NCBI GenBank assembly: GCA_965223845.1
Contig: CBDCXR010000004.1
Location: 3,648,001-3,712,000 of the forward strand
DNA: 64,000 nt
Source: Planctomycetota bacterium
GTDB taxonomy: Bacteria; Planctomycetota; UBA8108; SXIK01
Reading direction: 5' to 3'
Shown: positions 47,841-56,543 of the stretch, in pieces
Layout of the letters: the number at the start of each line of letters is the position of its first letter
Numbering within the stretch: position 1 is the stretch's first letter
Made by a program: the position numbers and the translations under genes
The notes under the pieces: generated by a model
The model's input: the letters and a program-made list of their open reading frames with translations, nothing else
Told to the model about the DNA's origin: nothing
Database searches by the model: none

Positions 47841-49232
47841 GTGGCGCCCGAACGATTCGAACGAGCCGACGCCCTCCGCGAGAACCTTCAGGCTCTCTTC
47901 GGCCTCGGTACGCCCTCGCCCGAGGATCTAAGCGCGATCCTCGCCAAAGTCGTACCCGAGGACGTCGCGGCGATCCTCGAGGACTTTCCGACCGACGACA
48001 AGATCCGAATCTTTCGCGCGCTTCCGACTGACGAATCCCGCGGCGTCGTCATCGAGGAGACCGATCAGGAGAGTCACGACCAGCTCCTGGAAGAAATATC
48101 GAGCCGCGAGCGCATCGCAGTGCTCGGCGAAATGCCCGTCGACGATCTCGTCGACCATCTCGAGGAAATCCCGGCGGAGGAGCGGGCGCAGGTGCTCGCG
48201 AACCTCGAGCCCGAGGAAGCCCGTGACGTCGAAGAGTTGGCGCAGTTCGCTCCCGATTCGGCCGGCGGATTGATGACGACGGAGTTTCTCGCCGTGGCGT
48301 CGACGTCGACCAGCCAGGAAGCACTCCAGCAGGTCCAGGGCAACCTCGACGCCGAGACGATTTCTTATGTGTACGCGATCGAGGGCGACCAGGCTCTCCA
48401 AGGCGTGGTGTCCATCCGCGACCTCCTCCGTGCGAAGCCACGCACTCCGATCGCGGACTACATGGTGACGGATCTGATCACCGTCGATCTCGACACCGAC
48501 CAGGAAGAGGTCGCACGCGTCGCGAACACGTACAACCTGCACGTCGTTCCGGTGGTCGACGGCAACCGGCGCCTCCGCGGGATCGTCACCGCCGACGATA
48601 TCCTCGATGCCGTCGAGGAGGAGCACTCCGAAGACATGCTCCGAATGGCCGGTACGGTCGCGGTTCACCCGTATCACGAGTCGATCGTCGCCGGCGCGCT
48701 CAAGCGCCTGCCGTTTCTGTTCGTGACGATGACGGGTGGCGTGACGGTCATGGGCCTCGTCCATTTCTTCGAGGGACGACTTCCGGAGCGCGTCGCGCTC
48801 TGGGCGGTCGCGGCGCTCCCCCTCGTGTGCGCGCTCGCAGGGAACGTAGCGATCGTCGCGTCGACGGTGATGGTTCGCGGCCTCGCGACCGGAGAGATCA
48901 ATCAACTGCGAGCGTGGAAAGCGCTCAGCCAGGAAACTTCGATCGGACTCGTGGTCGGAATCGTGCTCGCCGGAGCGGCCGCTACGGCGGTGCTGCTTCT
49001 TCCGATGAGCTCGCTCGCCGTCGGCGCGAATAGCTCTCGGATGTTTCTGTCCGTCGCGCTCGGTCTACTTTGCTCGATTCTTTGGGCCTCGTTCGTCGGG
49101 GCCATGGTTCCCGTCTTGTGCCGAATGAGCGGGCGCATCGACCCCGCGATCGCCTCGGGCCCGTTCGTCACTATGCTGTGCGATCTCTCCGCGTCGTTTA
49201 TCTTCCTGTGGCTCGTGATTCAGATGAACTGA
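47841..49232 (+). CDS. mgtE: Magnesium transporter MgtE
   Basis: Acidic N domain, SAGGLMTTE plus CBS pair, GNV, DPAIASGPFVTMLCD. Confidence 0.93.
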   Translation: MAPERFERADALRENLQALFGLGTPSPEDLSAILAKVVPEDVAAILEDFPTDDKIRIFRALPTDESRGVVIEETDQESHDQLLEEISSRERIAVLGEMPVDDLVDHLEEIPAEERAQVLANLEPEEARDVEELAQFAPDSAGGLMTTEFLAVASTSTSQEALQQVQGNLDAETISYVYAIEGDQALQGVVSIRDLLRAKPRTPIADYMVTDLITVDLDTDQEEVARVANTYNLHVVPVVDGNRRLRGIVTADDILDAVEEEHSEDMLRMAGTVAVHPYHESIVAGALKRLPFLFVTMTGGVTVMGLVHFFEGRLPERVALWAVAALPLVCALAGNVAIVASTVMVRGLATGEINQLRAWKALSQETSIGLVVGIVLAGAAATAVLLLPMSSLAVGANSSRMFLSVALGLLCSILWASFVGAMVPVLCRMSGRIDPAIASGPFVTMLCDLSASFIFLWLVIQMN

Positions 49233-49239
49233 AGGTCCG

Positions 49240-50181
49240 ATGACGAACGATCGGAGCGACGTCGAGCGTCCGCCGATCGTCGGCGTCGACATCGGCGGTA
49301 CGAACGTGCGGGCGGGAGTCTTCCACTCGGACGGGCGCCTTCTCGGCTCGCTCGAGAGCCGCCCGACGCAGGCCGACCGCGCGGCGGAGACGACGTTTAC
49401 GGCCATCGCGCTCGCGATCGAGCGCGCCATGAAAGGCGCGCGCGATCTCACGGACGTCCCGATCGGCGGCATCGGAATCGGCAGCACCGGCCCGCTCGAC
49501 CCCGTTCGCGGCATCTACCACGAGCCGGAGACGCTGCCGTCGATGTTCGGATTCCCGCTCGTGCCTCGTCTCAGCGAGCGATTCGCTCTCCCGGTACGGA
49601 TCACGAACGACGGCAACGCCTTCGCCCTCGCAGAGGCGACGTTCGGCGCGGCGCGCGGAGCGTCTACGGTCGTCGGCATCACGCTCGGAACCGGCTGCGG
49701 GTGCGGGATCGTCGTCGACGGTCGCATCCACGAAGGCGCGACGGCGAACGCCGGAGAGCTCTTTCGCGCCCCCCTCCGCGGTCGCAATTTCGACGAATGG
49801 CTCTCGGGGCGCGGGCTCGAGCTCACGTTTGATCGGGAGCGCGGACTCGCCGCACCGGAAATCAGCCGTCGAGCGCGCGACGGCGACCGCGCCGCGCTCG
49901 CGGCGTTCGAGCGCTTCGGAGAAGTCGTGGGCGAAGGGCTCGGGATCGTCGCCGCCGTCGTCGACCCGAACGTCTTCGTCCTCGGCGGCTCGGTGAGTAC
50001 CGCAATCGACCACTTCCGCCCGAGCATGGAGCGCCGCTTTCGCGACTGCGTCGCCACCGCCGTCGCCGAGTCGGTCCGCTTCGCCGCTTCCCAGCTCGGC
50101 GAGGAGTCGGGCGCTCTCGGAGGCGCCGCGCTCTTCGCCCTCGACGGCAGCGCCCGAACAGAGCACGAAGCAGACGAATGA
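49240..50181 (+). CDS. ROK family sugar kinase
   Basis: GVDIGGTN, NDGNAFALAE, TLGTGCGCG, AGE. Confidence 0.9.
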   Translation: MTNDRSDVERPPIVGVDIGGTNVRAGVFHSDGRLLGSLESRPTQADRAAETTFTAIALAIERAMKGARDLTDVPIGGIGIGSTGPLDPVRGIYHEPETLPSMFGFPLVPRLSERFALPVRITNDGNAFALAEATFGAARGASTVVGITLGTGCGCGIVVDGRIHEGATANAGELFRAPLRGRNFDEWLSGRGLELTFDRERGLAAPEISRRARDGDRAALAAFERFGEVVGEGLGIVAAVVDPNVFVLGGSVSTAIDHFRPSMERRFRDCVATAVAESVRFAASQLGEESGALGGAALFALDGSARTEHEADE

Positions 50182-50353
50182 GCACTCGAGACCGTTCGGA
50201 TGTACGCGCAGCATCGCCGGCGCGGTTTGAGTATCTTGATGGCGACCGGCGTTGGTCTCTCGCCCGCCATCCGGACGCGAGTGGACGAGCACTGATCGGA
50301 GCCGACGTCGAGGCAAGGTGAGATCCGACCCGAAACCGGGAGCCCGGCCGTCC

Positions 50354-51355
50354 ATGTGGGAGCGCACCATCGCCGTCGCAGGGGTCGTTGCCCTCGCGGC
50401 CGGCGCGATTCTTCTTTTTCTTCAGCGGCAAGAGCTCACGCAGCTCGACTCACGGGTCGAAGGCATCGAAAGGGCGTCGCGCGAAGAATGGCCGAAGCTC
50501 GAACCGCGCCTCGCGTCGCTTGCGGAAGAAACGCGCGCGATCCGACTCGCGATCGATGGAATCGCTACGGCAGCGGCGGCCGCGCGTACCGCCGAGACTG
50601 CGCAGCACGCCGCGAACGCAGAGCGGTGGGCAGCGATCGAGCGCGCCCTCGACGCCTCGAGTGACGACGACGCACTCGCGAGCGTGAACGAGCGACTGGC
50701 TGCTCTCGGCGGGAAGGTCGGCGCGGCAGTCGAGTTCGAGCGGAAGATCGCGAGCGAGCTCGAATCGCTCCGGACCGATGCGGCGAACGTTCGAGACGCG
50801 ATCCTCAAGCTCGACGAGCGCCTCGCGGGAGCGCTCACGAAGGCCGAGCTGACTTCGGGGCTCGAGGGAGAGCGGGCAGCCTTATCGGAAGTCTTGGCGA
50901 AGAAGGTGGGAGAGACCCTCGCCGAGAGCGTGCCAAACGAGACGAACTCCGACCTCGCCGCCCTCACGGAGCGAATCGCCCGCGGGGAGAGCGAGCTCGC
51001 GACCCTCAGCGAGCGCATTCGGATCCTCGGCGAGATGCTCTTAGTTTCGCGCGAAGCGCCACAACGGGACCCGGCTCCCGCCCCGCTCCTCCCCGGGTCC
51101 GTGACGGGGACGGTCGCCGCGGTCAGCGCGGACGACGGGACGATCGTCGTCTCCTTGACCAAGGGGGGCGATACCCTTCGCGCGGGGCACCGACTCACGA
51201 TCGAGACGGACGACGGCGGCGCCGCGATCGCGACCGTAGTCCGCGTTTCTCCCGATGGCCGACTGGCGGCGCTCGAGATCGAGGGCGCGACCTTGGAATC
51301 GGCGGACATCTCGCGCGGAAACCGCGCCTCAACGCTGCAAAAAGAGCCGCAGTAG
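50354..51355 (+). CDS. Membrane-anchored coiled-coil protein with small C-terminal beta domain
   Basis: N-terminal TM, long heptad-rich helix, Pro linker, GTVAAVS...VVSL..G..L.I..VVRV. Confidence 0.7.
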   Translation: MWERTIAVAGVVALAAGAILLFLQRQELTQLDSRVEGIERASREEWPKLEPRLASLAEETRAIRLAIDGIATAAAAARTAETAQHAANAERWAAIERALDASSDDDALASVNERLAALGGKVGAAVEFERKIASELESLRTDAANVRDAILKLDERLAGALTKAELTSGLEGERAALSEVLAKKVGETLAESVPNETNSDLAALTERIARGESELATLSERIRILGEMLLVSREAPQRDPAPAPLLPGSVTGTVAAVSADDGTIVVSLTKGGDTLRAGHRLTIETDDGGAAIATVVRVSPDGRLAALEIEGATLESADISRGNRASTLQKEPQ

Positions 51356-51401
51356 GCACTTACGCACACCGCCGCGTGCACACAAGTTCAGCAGATTGTA
51401 G

Positions 51402-51431
51402 TTGACGCGCCCGCGAAGTGCGTGTTAAAAA
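51402..51431 (+). promoter_or_regulatory. Putative sigma70 promoter (extended -10)
   Basis: TTGACG (51402-51407) and TGt-TAAAAA (51423-51431) in an AT-richer intergenic gap. Confidence 0.45.
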
Positions 51432-51436
51432 AGCTC

Positions 51437-51520
51437 CAGATCCTAAGGGATCGCATCAACAAGCCCACAACTGCCCCGGAGGTCGGCGATGCGCTTGCGC
51501 AAACGCCGGCCTCTTTTTTT
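51437..51520 (+). ncRNA. Candidate small RNA of about 85 nt
   Basis: Between promoter-like element and terminator, between convergent genes; 5' hairpin GATCC-TAAG-GGATC and C/A-rich single-stranded middle. Confidence 0.4.
51479..51520 (+). terminator. Rho-independent terminator
   Basis: GAGGTCGGCG/CGCCGGCCTC stem, inner TGCG-CTTG-CGCA, then T7. Confidence 0.85.
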
Positions 51521-51588
51521 GTTTGTCGGATTCTCGTTCCGCTGCGGGCCGCGCCGGCCGTCTCCCCGAGCCGCCGGCACCGTTCCGA

Positions 51589-52254
51589 TCAAGCCTCCAC
51601 GCCACAGCAGCGCTTGAACTTTCGCCCGCTGCCGCAGGGGCACGGCTCGTTCCGTCCGACCTTTGGCACTCGCCCGGGCCGCGTTGCTCGCGGCGGCCGC
51701 GCCGGCTTTCGTCCGATAACGAACGCCGGCACGAGCACGAGAAACGGAACGATCTTGTCGAACGCGACGCTGTAGATCTGCACGGCGTACCCGATCGCGC
51801 GGACCGTGCCCTCGGACGTGAACCCCATCCCCGCCTCGTTATAGAGAGCGGCGACCTGCCCGTAGACCGCGATCGCGAAGAAACCGATGTGAGTGAGCGC
51901 GAGCGCACCGGCTCCCACGAGAACGGCCCACCACGCGCGGCGCCACCCTCGCTTCGGAAGGAGGCTGAGCGCCCAGAAGAAAAGGATCGCGTTCCAGTGA
52001 ACCTCGTGAACCGGGATCCGCTGATAGGGAAAGGGTTCGCCGTTCTGCTGAACGAGACCGGTATCGACGAAGAACGCGCCGTCGCGCTCGCGGACGATCT
52101 CCTCCGGCGGGACAGCCGCCACCCAAGAAAGTACGACCGCCCCGCGGCCGGCGACAAAGGCGCTGTACCCGCCGCGCACTCCGTACCAGAGCGCGATCGC
52201 GAGGAAGAGCGCGATCACGACCCGAACGAGAAACCGAACGTCAGGCGTCGGCAG
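51589..52254 (-). CDS. Exosortase-associated membrane protein with C-terminal SEC-C motif
   Basis: Several TMs; ends [21 protein letters not shown]; adjoins or overlaps the exosortase stop; start uncertain (52218-52341). Confidence 0.75.
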   Translation of the reverse strand: MPTPDVRFLVRVVIALFLAIALWYGVRGGYSAFVAGRGAVVLSWVAAVPPEEIVRERDGAFFVDTGLVQQNGEPFPYQRIPVHEVHWNAILFFWALSLLPKRGWRRAWWAVLVGAGALALTHIGFFAIAVYGQVAALYNEAGMGFTSEGTVRAIGYAVQIYSVAFDKIVPFLVLVPAFVIGRKPARPPRATRPGRVPKVGRNEPCPCGSGRKFKRCCGVEA

Positions 52255-52798
52255 CCACGCCTTCGGTCGAGACGGCCCCTTCGGGCGGGACGGGGGCGGA
52301 TCGGGCCGCCCAGAGGTACCAGAAGACTGCGGTGACGACAATGGTCACTCCCTGCCACACGTAGTGGTGCGCTTCGTCGAAGAGCGATGGATAGGCGTCT
52401 CCGACCAGCATCAGCGTCACCATCCGCACTTGATTGAGAACGAAGAGGAGAGCGGCTCCGCACCCGAGGCCGACGACCTTAGCGCGCACCGAGGCCGGAA
52501 AAGCGAGGACGGCCGCGAGCAGGATCAAGAAGACGTAGAGGCCCGTGCAGCCGATGACGACCTCCGCGGTAAACATACCGACGGTGAGGAACGCACCGTT
52601 TCGAGTGACGGCGATGCCGATGAGGTCGAGAATTCCGTGCGTCGTCGCCGCGGCCAGATCGATCATCGGCTGCTCGCAAACGGCGCGGAATCCCGGGAGG
52701 ACGGAGATCCCCATGATCAGCCCGAGCAAGACCAGGACCCGAATCGAGAATCCGGTGCTGGTATCGGCCCAGGCTAGACCCCAGAGTTTCTTGAGCAT
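52241..52798 (-). CDS. Exosortase/archaeosortase family protein (XrtH-like)
   Basis: Multi-TM; catalytic Cys (IGCTG), Arg (LNQVR), His (AHHYVWQ); AAVLAFPA. Confidence 0.85.
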   Translation of the reverse strand: MLKKLWGLAWADTSTGFSIRVLVLLGLIMGISVLPGFRAVCEQPMIDLAAATTHGILDLIGIAVTRNGAFLTVGMFTAEVVIGCTGLYVFLILLAAVLAFPASVRAKVVGLGCGAALLFVLNQVRMVTLMLVGDAYPSLFDEAHHYVWQGVTIVVTAVFWYLWAARSAPVPPEGAVSTEGVAADA

Positions 52799-53058
52799 GG
52801 GATGCCCGGTCTCGCGGAGAACACGCTGGTGACGAGGTATCGGTCGCGCGCCGTCTACGCCCCGCGCGCGACGGCCGAACAAGACCGATGAGACCGGTTG
52901 ACTCCCCGGAGTGTCAAGGTAGGCGGCCAAAGGGGAGTTTTTTTCGCAAGATTGCGGGCCAACCCTCGACGTATGTTCGAGGGGCCGGAACTCGTACTGC
53001 GCGAACCGAAACCGAACGGCGGCCCTAGAATCTAGTCCGGGAGCGGAGGAACTCTATC

Positions 53059-53949
53059 ATGTCCCAGCGTACGGTCGCGGCGACGGTCGCCGGAGTCTTC
53101 GTAGTGACGGCCGTCGTGTTTCTCGTCGTCGGCGATCGTCTCGGCAGTCAACGTTCCGGCGAAACCTACCGGGGTGAGGTCGGTCGCATCGAAGAACGGC
53201 TCGCGGAATCCGAGAAGAGCGTGATGCAGCTGAGCCGCGCGATCGAGGATCGCGACGCGCGCTTCGTGGCGGAGCTCGAGCGCATCAGCGCGCAAATGAA
53301 AGAACTCGCCAACGCGAGGCCGACGCCGCGTGACGAAGAGATCGCCGCTTCCGCCGCGAGTTCGAGTGCCGAAACCGAACTGTCAGGCGACGAGTTCGAC
53401 CTCGCGTCCGCGCTCGACGAAATCCTCGCCGCCGAGAACGACCAGGCGGCGCAGGCGCAGTGGGAACGGATCAAGAAGGCCGGCTTGCTCGATCGAGCGA
53501 TCGCGGAGCTCGAAGCGCTCGCGGACGAGAATCCGGACGACCCGGAGAACCATCTCGACGTCGGAAAAGCCTGCCTCCAAAAACTCTTTACCGTGAGCGA
53601 CCTCGAGAAGGGAAAGTGGGCGATGAAGGCCGACGGGGCGTTCAACCGCGCGCTCGAGCTCGACGAAAACCACTGGGAGTCGCGCTTTCAGAAGGCGGTC
53701 GCACTGTCCTTCTGGCCCCCGGTCTTCGGCAAGCAGGCCGAGGCGATCGAGAACTTCGAGACGCTCGCTACGCAGCAAGAGGCGGACGAGCCTCGCCCCG
53801 AGTACGAGCAGACCTACGTCTTCCTCGGCAATCTTTATCAGCAGCAGGGGAACGAGGAGAAAGCGAAGGCGACGTGGTCCCGCGGCCTCGAGAGATTCCC
53901 CGAGAGTCGAGAGCTCGCGCAGCGGACTCAGGCTACGTCCGAACCGTGA
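53059..53949 (+). CDS. Membrane-anchored coiled-coil/TPR protein
   Basis: SD GGAGG; N-terminal TM, coiled coil, TPRs (FNRALELD, YVFLGNLY). Confidence 0.8.
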   Translation: MSQRTVAATVAGVFVVTAVVFLVVGDRLGSQRSGETYRGEVGRIEERLAESEKSVMQLSRAIEDRDARFVAELERISAQMKELANARPTPRDEEIAASAASSSAETELSGDEFDLASALDEILAAENDQAAQAQWERIKKAGLLDRAIAELEALADENPDDPENHLDVGKACLQKLFTVSDLEKGKWAMKADGAFNRALELDENHWESRFQKAVALSFWPPVFGKQAEAIENFETLATQQEADEPRPEYEQTYVFLGNLYQQQGNEEKAKATWSRGLERFPESRELAQRTQATSEP

Positions 53950-53974
53950 TTGCGCGCGAAGTCGATCGCCTCGC

Positions 53975-55615
53975 TCACGGCGTCGTTTTGGGGAGCAAGT
54001 TGATCATGCGCATCTCGCCGCCGTTTTGCTGTGCGAGCGAGAAGATGAATCGCCGGTCCATCCCCCAAAACCCAAGGGTGTGGATCCGCACGCGGTGACG
54101 CGCGTTCAGCCCGCGGATGAAGCTGAGGAGATCGAGCTGACGGGCCCCCGAAAGAACATCGCCCTTGTGGTTCGTGGGCGAGCCGTCCGTGATGAAATAG
54201 ATCTCGGTGAACGCAGGCGGCTTCGGCTTTCGCACCCGCCGGACTTTCTTCGGGTCGGGCGATTCTTCCGCCTGGAATGCCGTTCGAAACGCCAGGTCTA
54301 CTCGTGTTTGCCCGTGCGCTTCGAGGGACTCGATCCACCTCTTCGTCTCGGGAGAGATTTCCCCGCGCGGCCGAGTCTTCGCCTTGAGCTTGTGACTCTT
54401 CGTGAGACTCGCCTCGATCGCCGCGCCGCGGCTGAACGGCAGGATGTTGTAGTGAACGCCCGGTTTCAGCATCGAGATGAAGCGAACGGCTTCCTTCTTG
54501 AGTGCGGCCATCCGATCGATCTGATGCGTGTTCTGCTTCATGCTCCCCGAGATGTCGACGATGATCAGAAAGCGAGATGACTTCATCTCGATGCCGAACA
54601 GGTCCGCCTGCTTGCGCACGACCCGTGTACCACGCTCCGCGAGTCCCGGGCCTCCCTTCACCTTGCGGAAGTCGAACTGCTGCTGCGTTCGATCCTCGCT
54701 GAAATAGAGCGCCCAGAACTTCAGCCAGTCTTCGAACCAGACGTGCTGTACCTCGCCCGTCCACTTCTGCAGGATCGATGTGATGTGAAACCACAGACGA
54801 AGCTGTGACGGACTGGCGTCGTGGTCGGCCGGGACGACCGACCCCTTCGCCTCGCCTTTCACGCGCACCTCGAGTCGCGCGAGGAAATGGACGAGCTCGG
54901 TGACAAACGGTGCGAGCACGACGTAGGGATCGGCTTCGAACGCGATGTCGTAGACCGCATCGACGGCATCGAGAACACCGTAGATCGTCGCTTCTTCCGC
55001 CGGGCGACCGAAGAGTCGAACGGCTTTCTTGATGTCGACGGGATCGGCAGCCATCGGCTTCACCCACGACACCTCGCGCTGGAGGATCGCGAGGACGAGT
55101 TCGACCACGTCGGCCTTGTTGTCGGTCGAGCGGACGAGCTTGGCGAGATAGGTGCCGACGACCATCCGCTGAATCGTCGCCGGGTTCCGCGAGGACAAGC
55201 GCCGCGGCCAGAGGCTCTTCACGTAGCGAAAGAAGTCTTTGTGCTCAGCGGGCGGAAGCTGTCCGATCGCCTCCCCGAATCTCCGTTCGAGTACGCCGTA
55301 GAGTACGTGATGGATCTCCGGCTCGTACTGATCGAGGAGCGGAAGGAGAGTAGCGAGTCTCCGAGAGAGGCGCGGTCGACGCGGAGCGGGATCGAGAGCT
55401 CGGTCGATCATCTTGCCCAGACGATCGATCGCCGCCTGGCGCTCGGGCGCCTCTGGGGGAAGGGTCGCGACGATCGTACGGATCCCGTCGATCGCGCTCA
55501 GGATCTCTTTGTGGAGAGCGCTCCAACTGCTCGCGGCGGCGGGGGTGCTGAACGAACTCGCGACAACGAGCGCGACGAGGGGCATCGCGCGTGAGGCGGG
55601 GCGGGGGAAGAGCAT
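53975..55615 (-). CDS. Secreted helical protein with C-terminal vWA domain
   Basis: Signal peptide; MIDAS DISGS, GQT, FITDG; IHTLGF. Confidence 0.82.
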   Translation of the reverse strand: MLFPRPASRAMPLVALVVASSFSTPAAASSWSALHKEILSAIDGIRTIVATLPPEAPERQAAIDRLGKMIDRALDPAPRRPRLSRRLATLLPLLDQYEPEIHHVLYGVLERRFGEAIGQLPPAEHKDFFRYVKSLWPRRLSSRNPATIQRMVVGTYLAKLVRSTDNKADVVELVLAILQREVSWVKPMAADPVDIKKAVRLFGRPAEEATIYGVLDAVDAVYDIAFEADPYVVLAPFVTELVHFLARLEVRVKGEAKGSVVPADHDASPSQLRLWFHITSILQKWTGEVQHVWFEDWLKFWALYFSEDRTQQQFDFRKVKGGPGLAERGTRVVRKQADLFGIEMKSSRFLIIVDISGSMKQNTHQIDRMAALKKEAVRFISMLKPGVHYNILPFSRGAAIEASLTKSHKLKAKTRPRGEISPETKRWIESLEAHGQTRVDLAFRTAFQAEESPDPKKVRRVRKPKPPAFTEIYFITDGSPTNHKGDVLSGARQLDLLSFIRGLNARHRVRIHTLGFWGMDRRFIFSLAQQNGGEMRMINLLPKTTP

Positions 55616-55740
55616 GCGAAAGAGCTCCGGGGAGGAGGGTACTACGAAATCCCCAGTAGCCTAACGCGGCGGCCGAGCCGGCGCATGCTCCGAGTCGAGA
55701 GTACGTTCGGCGCGAATCGAGAACGGGCGAACGAGAATCT

Positions 55741-56028
55741 CTACCGATCGCCGTCGACGATCGCGCCGGGACCCTTCCCCGCCGTCTTCTCGTAGTATCC
55801 GTCGCCGCGCTTCACGTACTGCGTGAACCCCTTCCGATCGAGGTTCTGTGGACTGAGCGTCGTCTTCGGTGAGCCGCCGTACTGAAAGGACGACAGAATC
55901 TGACGACACGGATTCCCGCATTCGGGGCAGCTCTCGAGTGGCGCGTCGCCGACCTTCTGCAGCATCTCGAATCCCCCGAGGCAAAAGGGGCAAGTGTCGG
56001 CTTCGGGTTCGTATTCGTAGATGGGCAT
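55741..56028 (-). CDS. FmdB family zinc-ribbon protein
   Basis: MPIYEY..CPFC...FEMLQ...CPECG. Confidence 0.88.
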   Translation of the reverse strand: MPIYEYEPEADTCPFCLGGFEMLQKVGDAPLESCPECGNPCRQILSSFQYGGSPKTTLSPQNLDRKGFTQYVKRGDGYYEKTAGKGPGAIVDGDR

Positions 56029-56263
56029 GTTCTCGTGCGTCGGTTTCCGCCGGTGCCGTTTCCTACGCGCACGTCGCGCGCTCCCGCGCCCCGTACGGCT
56101 CCCGCGCTTCGCGGGCCCGAAGCGGCGCCGGATACTCGCAAGCTCGCCTGGGCAGGATGAAGAGGAGCGATGAGACTCTGTCGGGAGCGGGAAACGAGTG
56201 TTCTCGACGACTCCTTACTCGGACGGCCGCCGGTCTCCCCTGAACCCGGGCGGGACTGATGGG

Positions 56264-56292
56264 AGTATGGGAACCAAATCGGCCTCGGTCAA
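56264..56292 (-). promoter_or_regulatory. Putative sigma70 promoter for the FmdB-like gene (long leader)
   Basis: TTGACC-17 nt-CATACT on minus strand. Confidence 0.45.
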
Positions 56293-56398
56293 CTCGCGCA
56301 CACCTTCGCACCCCGATCTCCCGTCGCGCGCGGACACCCGCGACGGCCCGTCGAGCGCTCCACGCGGTCGATTCCGACCGCAGCCGAGGCAGGCCCGG

Positions 56399-56407
56399 TG
56401 CTACAAT
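56399..56407 (+). promoter_or_regulatory. Putative extended -10 promoter for the CotH/dockerin gene
   Basis: TGcTACAAT. Confidence 0.35.
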
Positions 56408-56543
56408 GGACGTTTACTTTTTGGGTACCGGATAGGGTTGTCGGCGAGCGGGGATGGTCGCCCTCGGACGCGGCGAATCGCCGCCGTTCCAAATCCTTTC
56501 GCACGAGGGCTCGCGAACACGCGACACCGGGAGACACAGACGG

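Noticed and set aside
52898-52944. TTGAC-N10-GTCAA palindrome and ACTCCCC/GGGGAGT-T-run hairpin between divergent genes
   Set aside because: Explicable as back-to-back -35 hexamers; the loop is too long for a terminator and nothing upstream needs terminating
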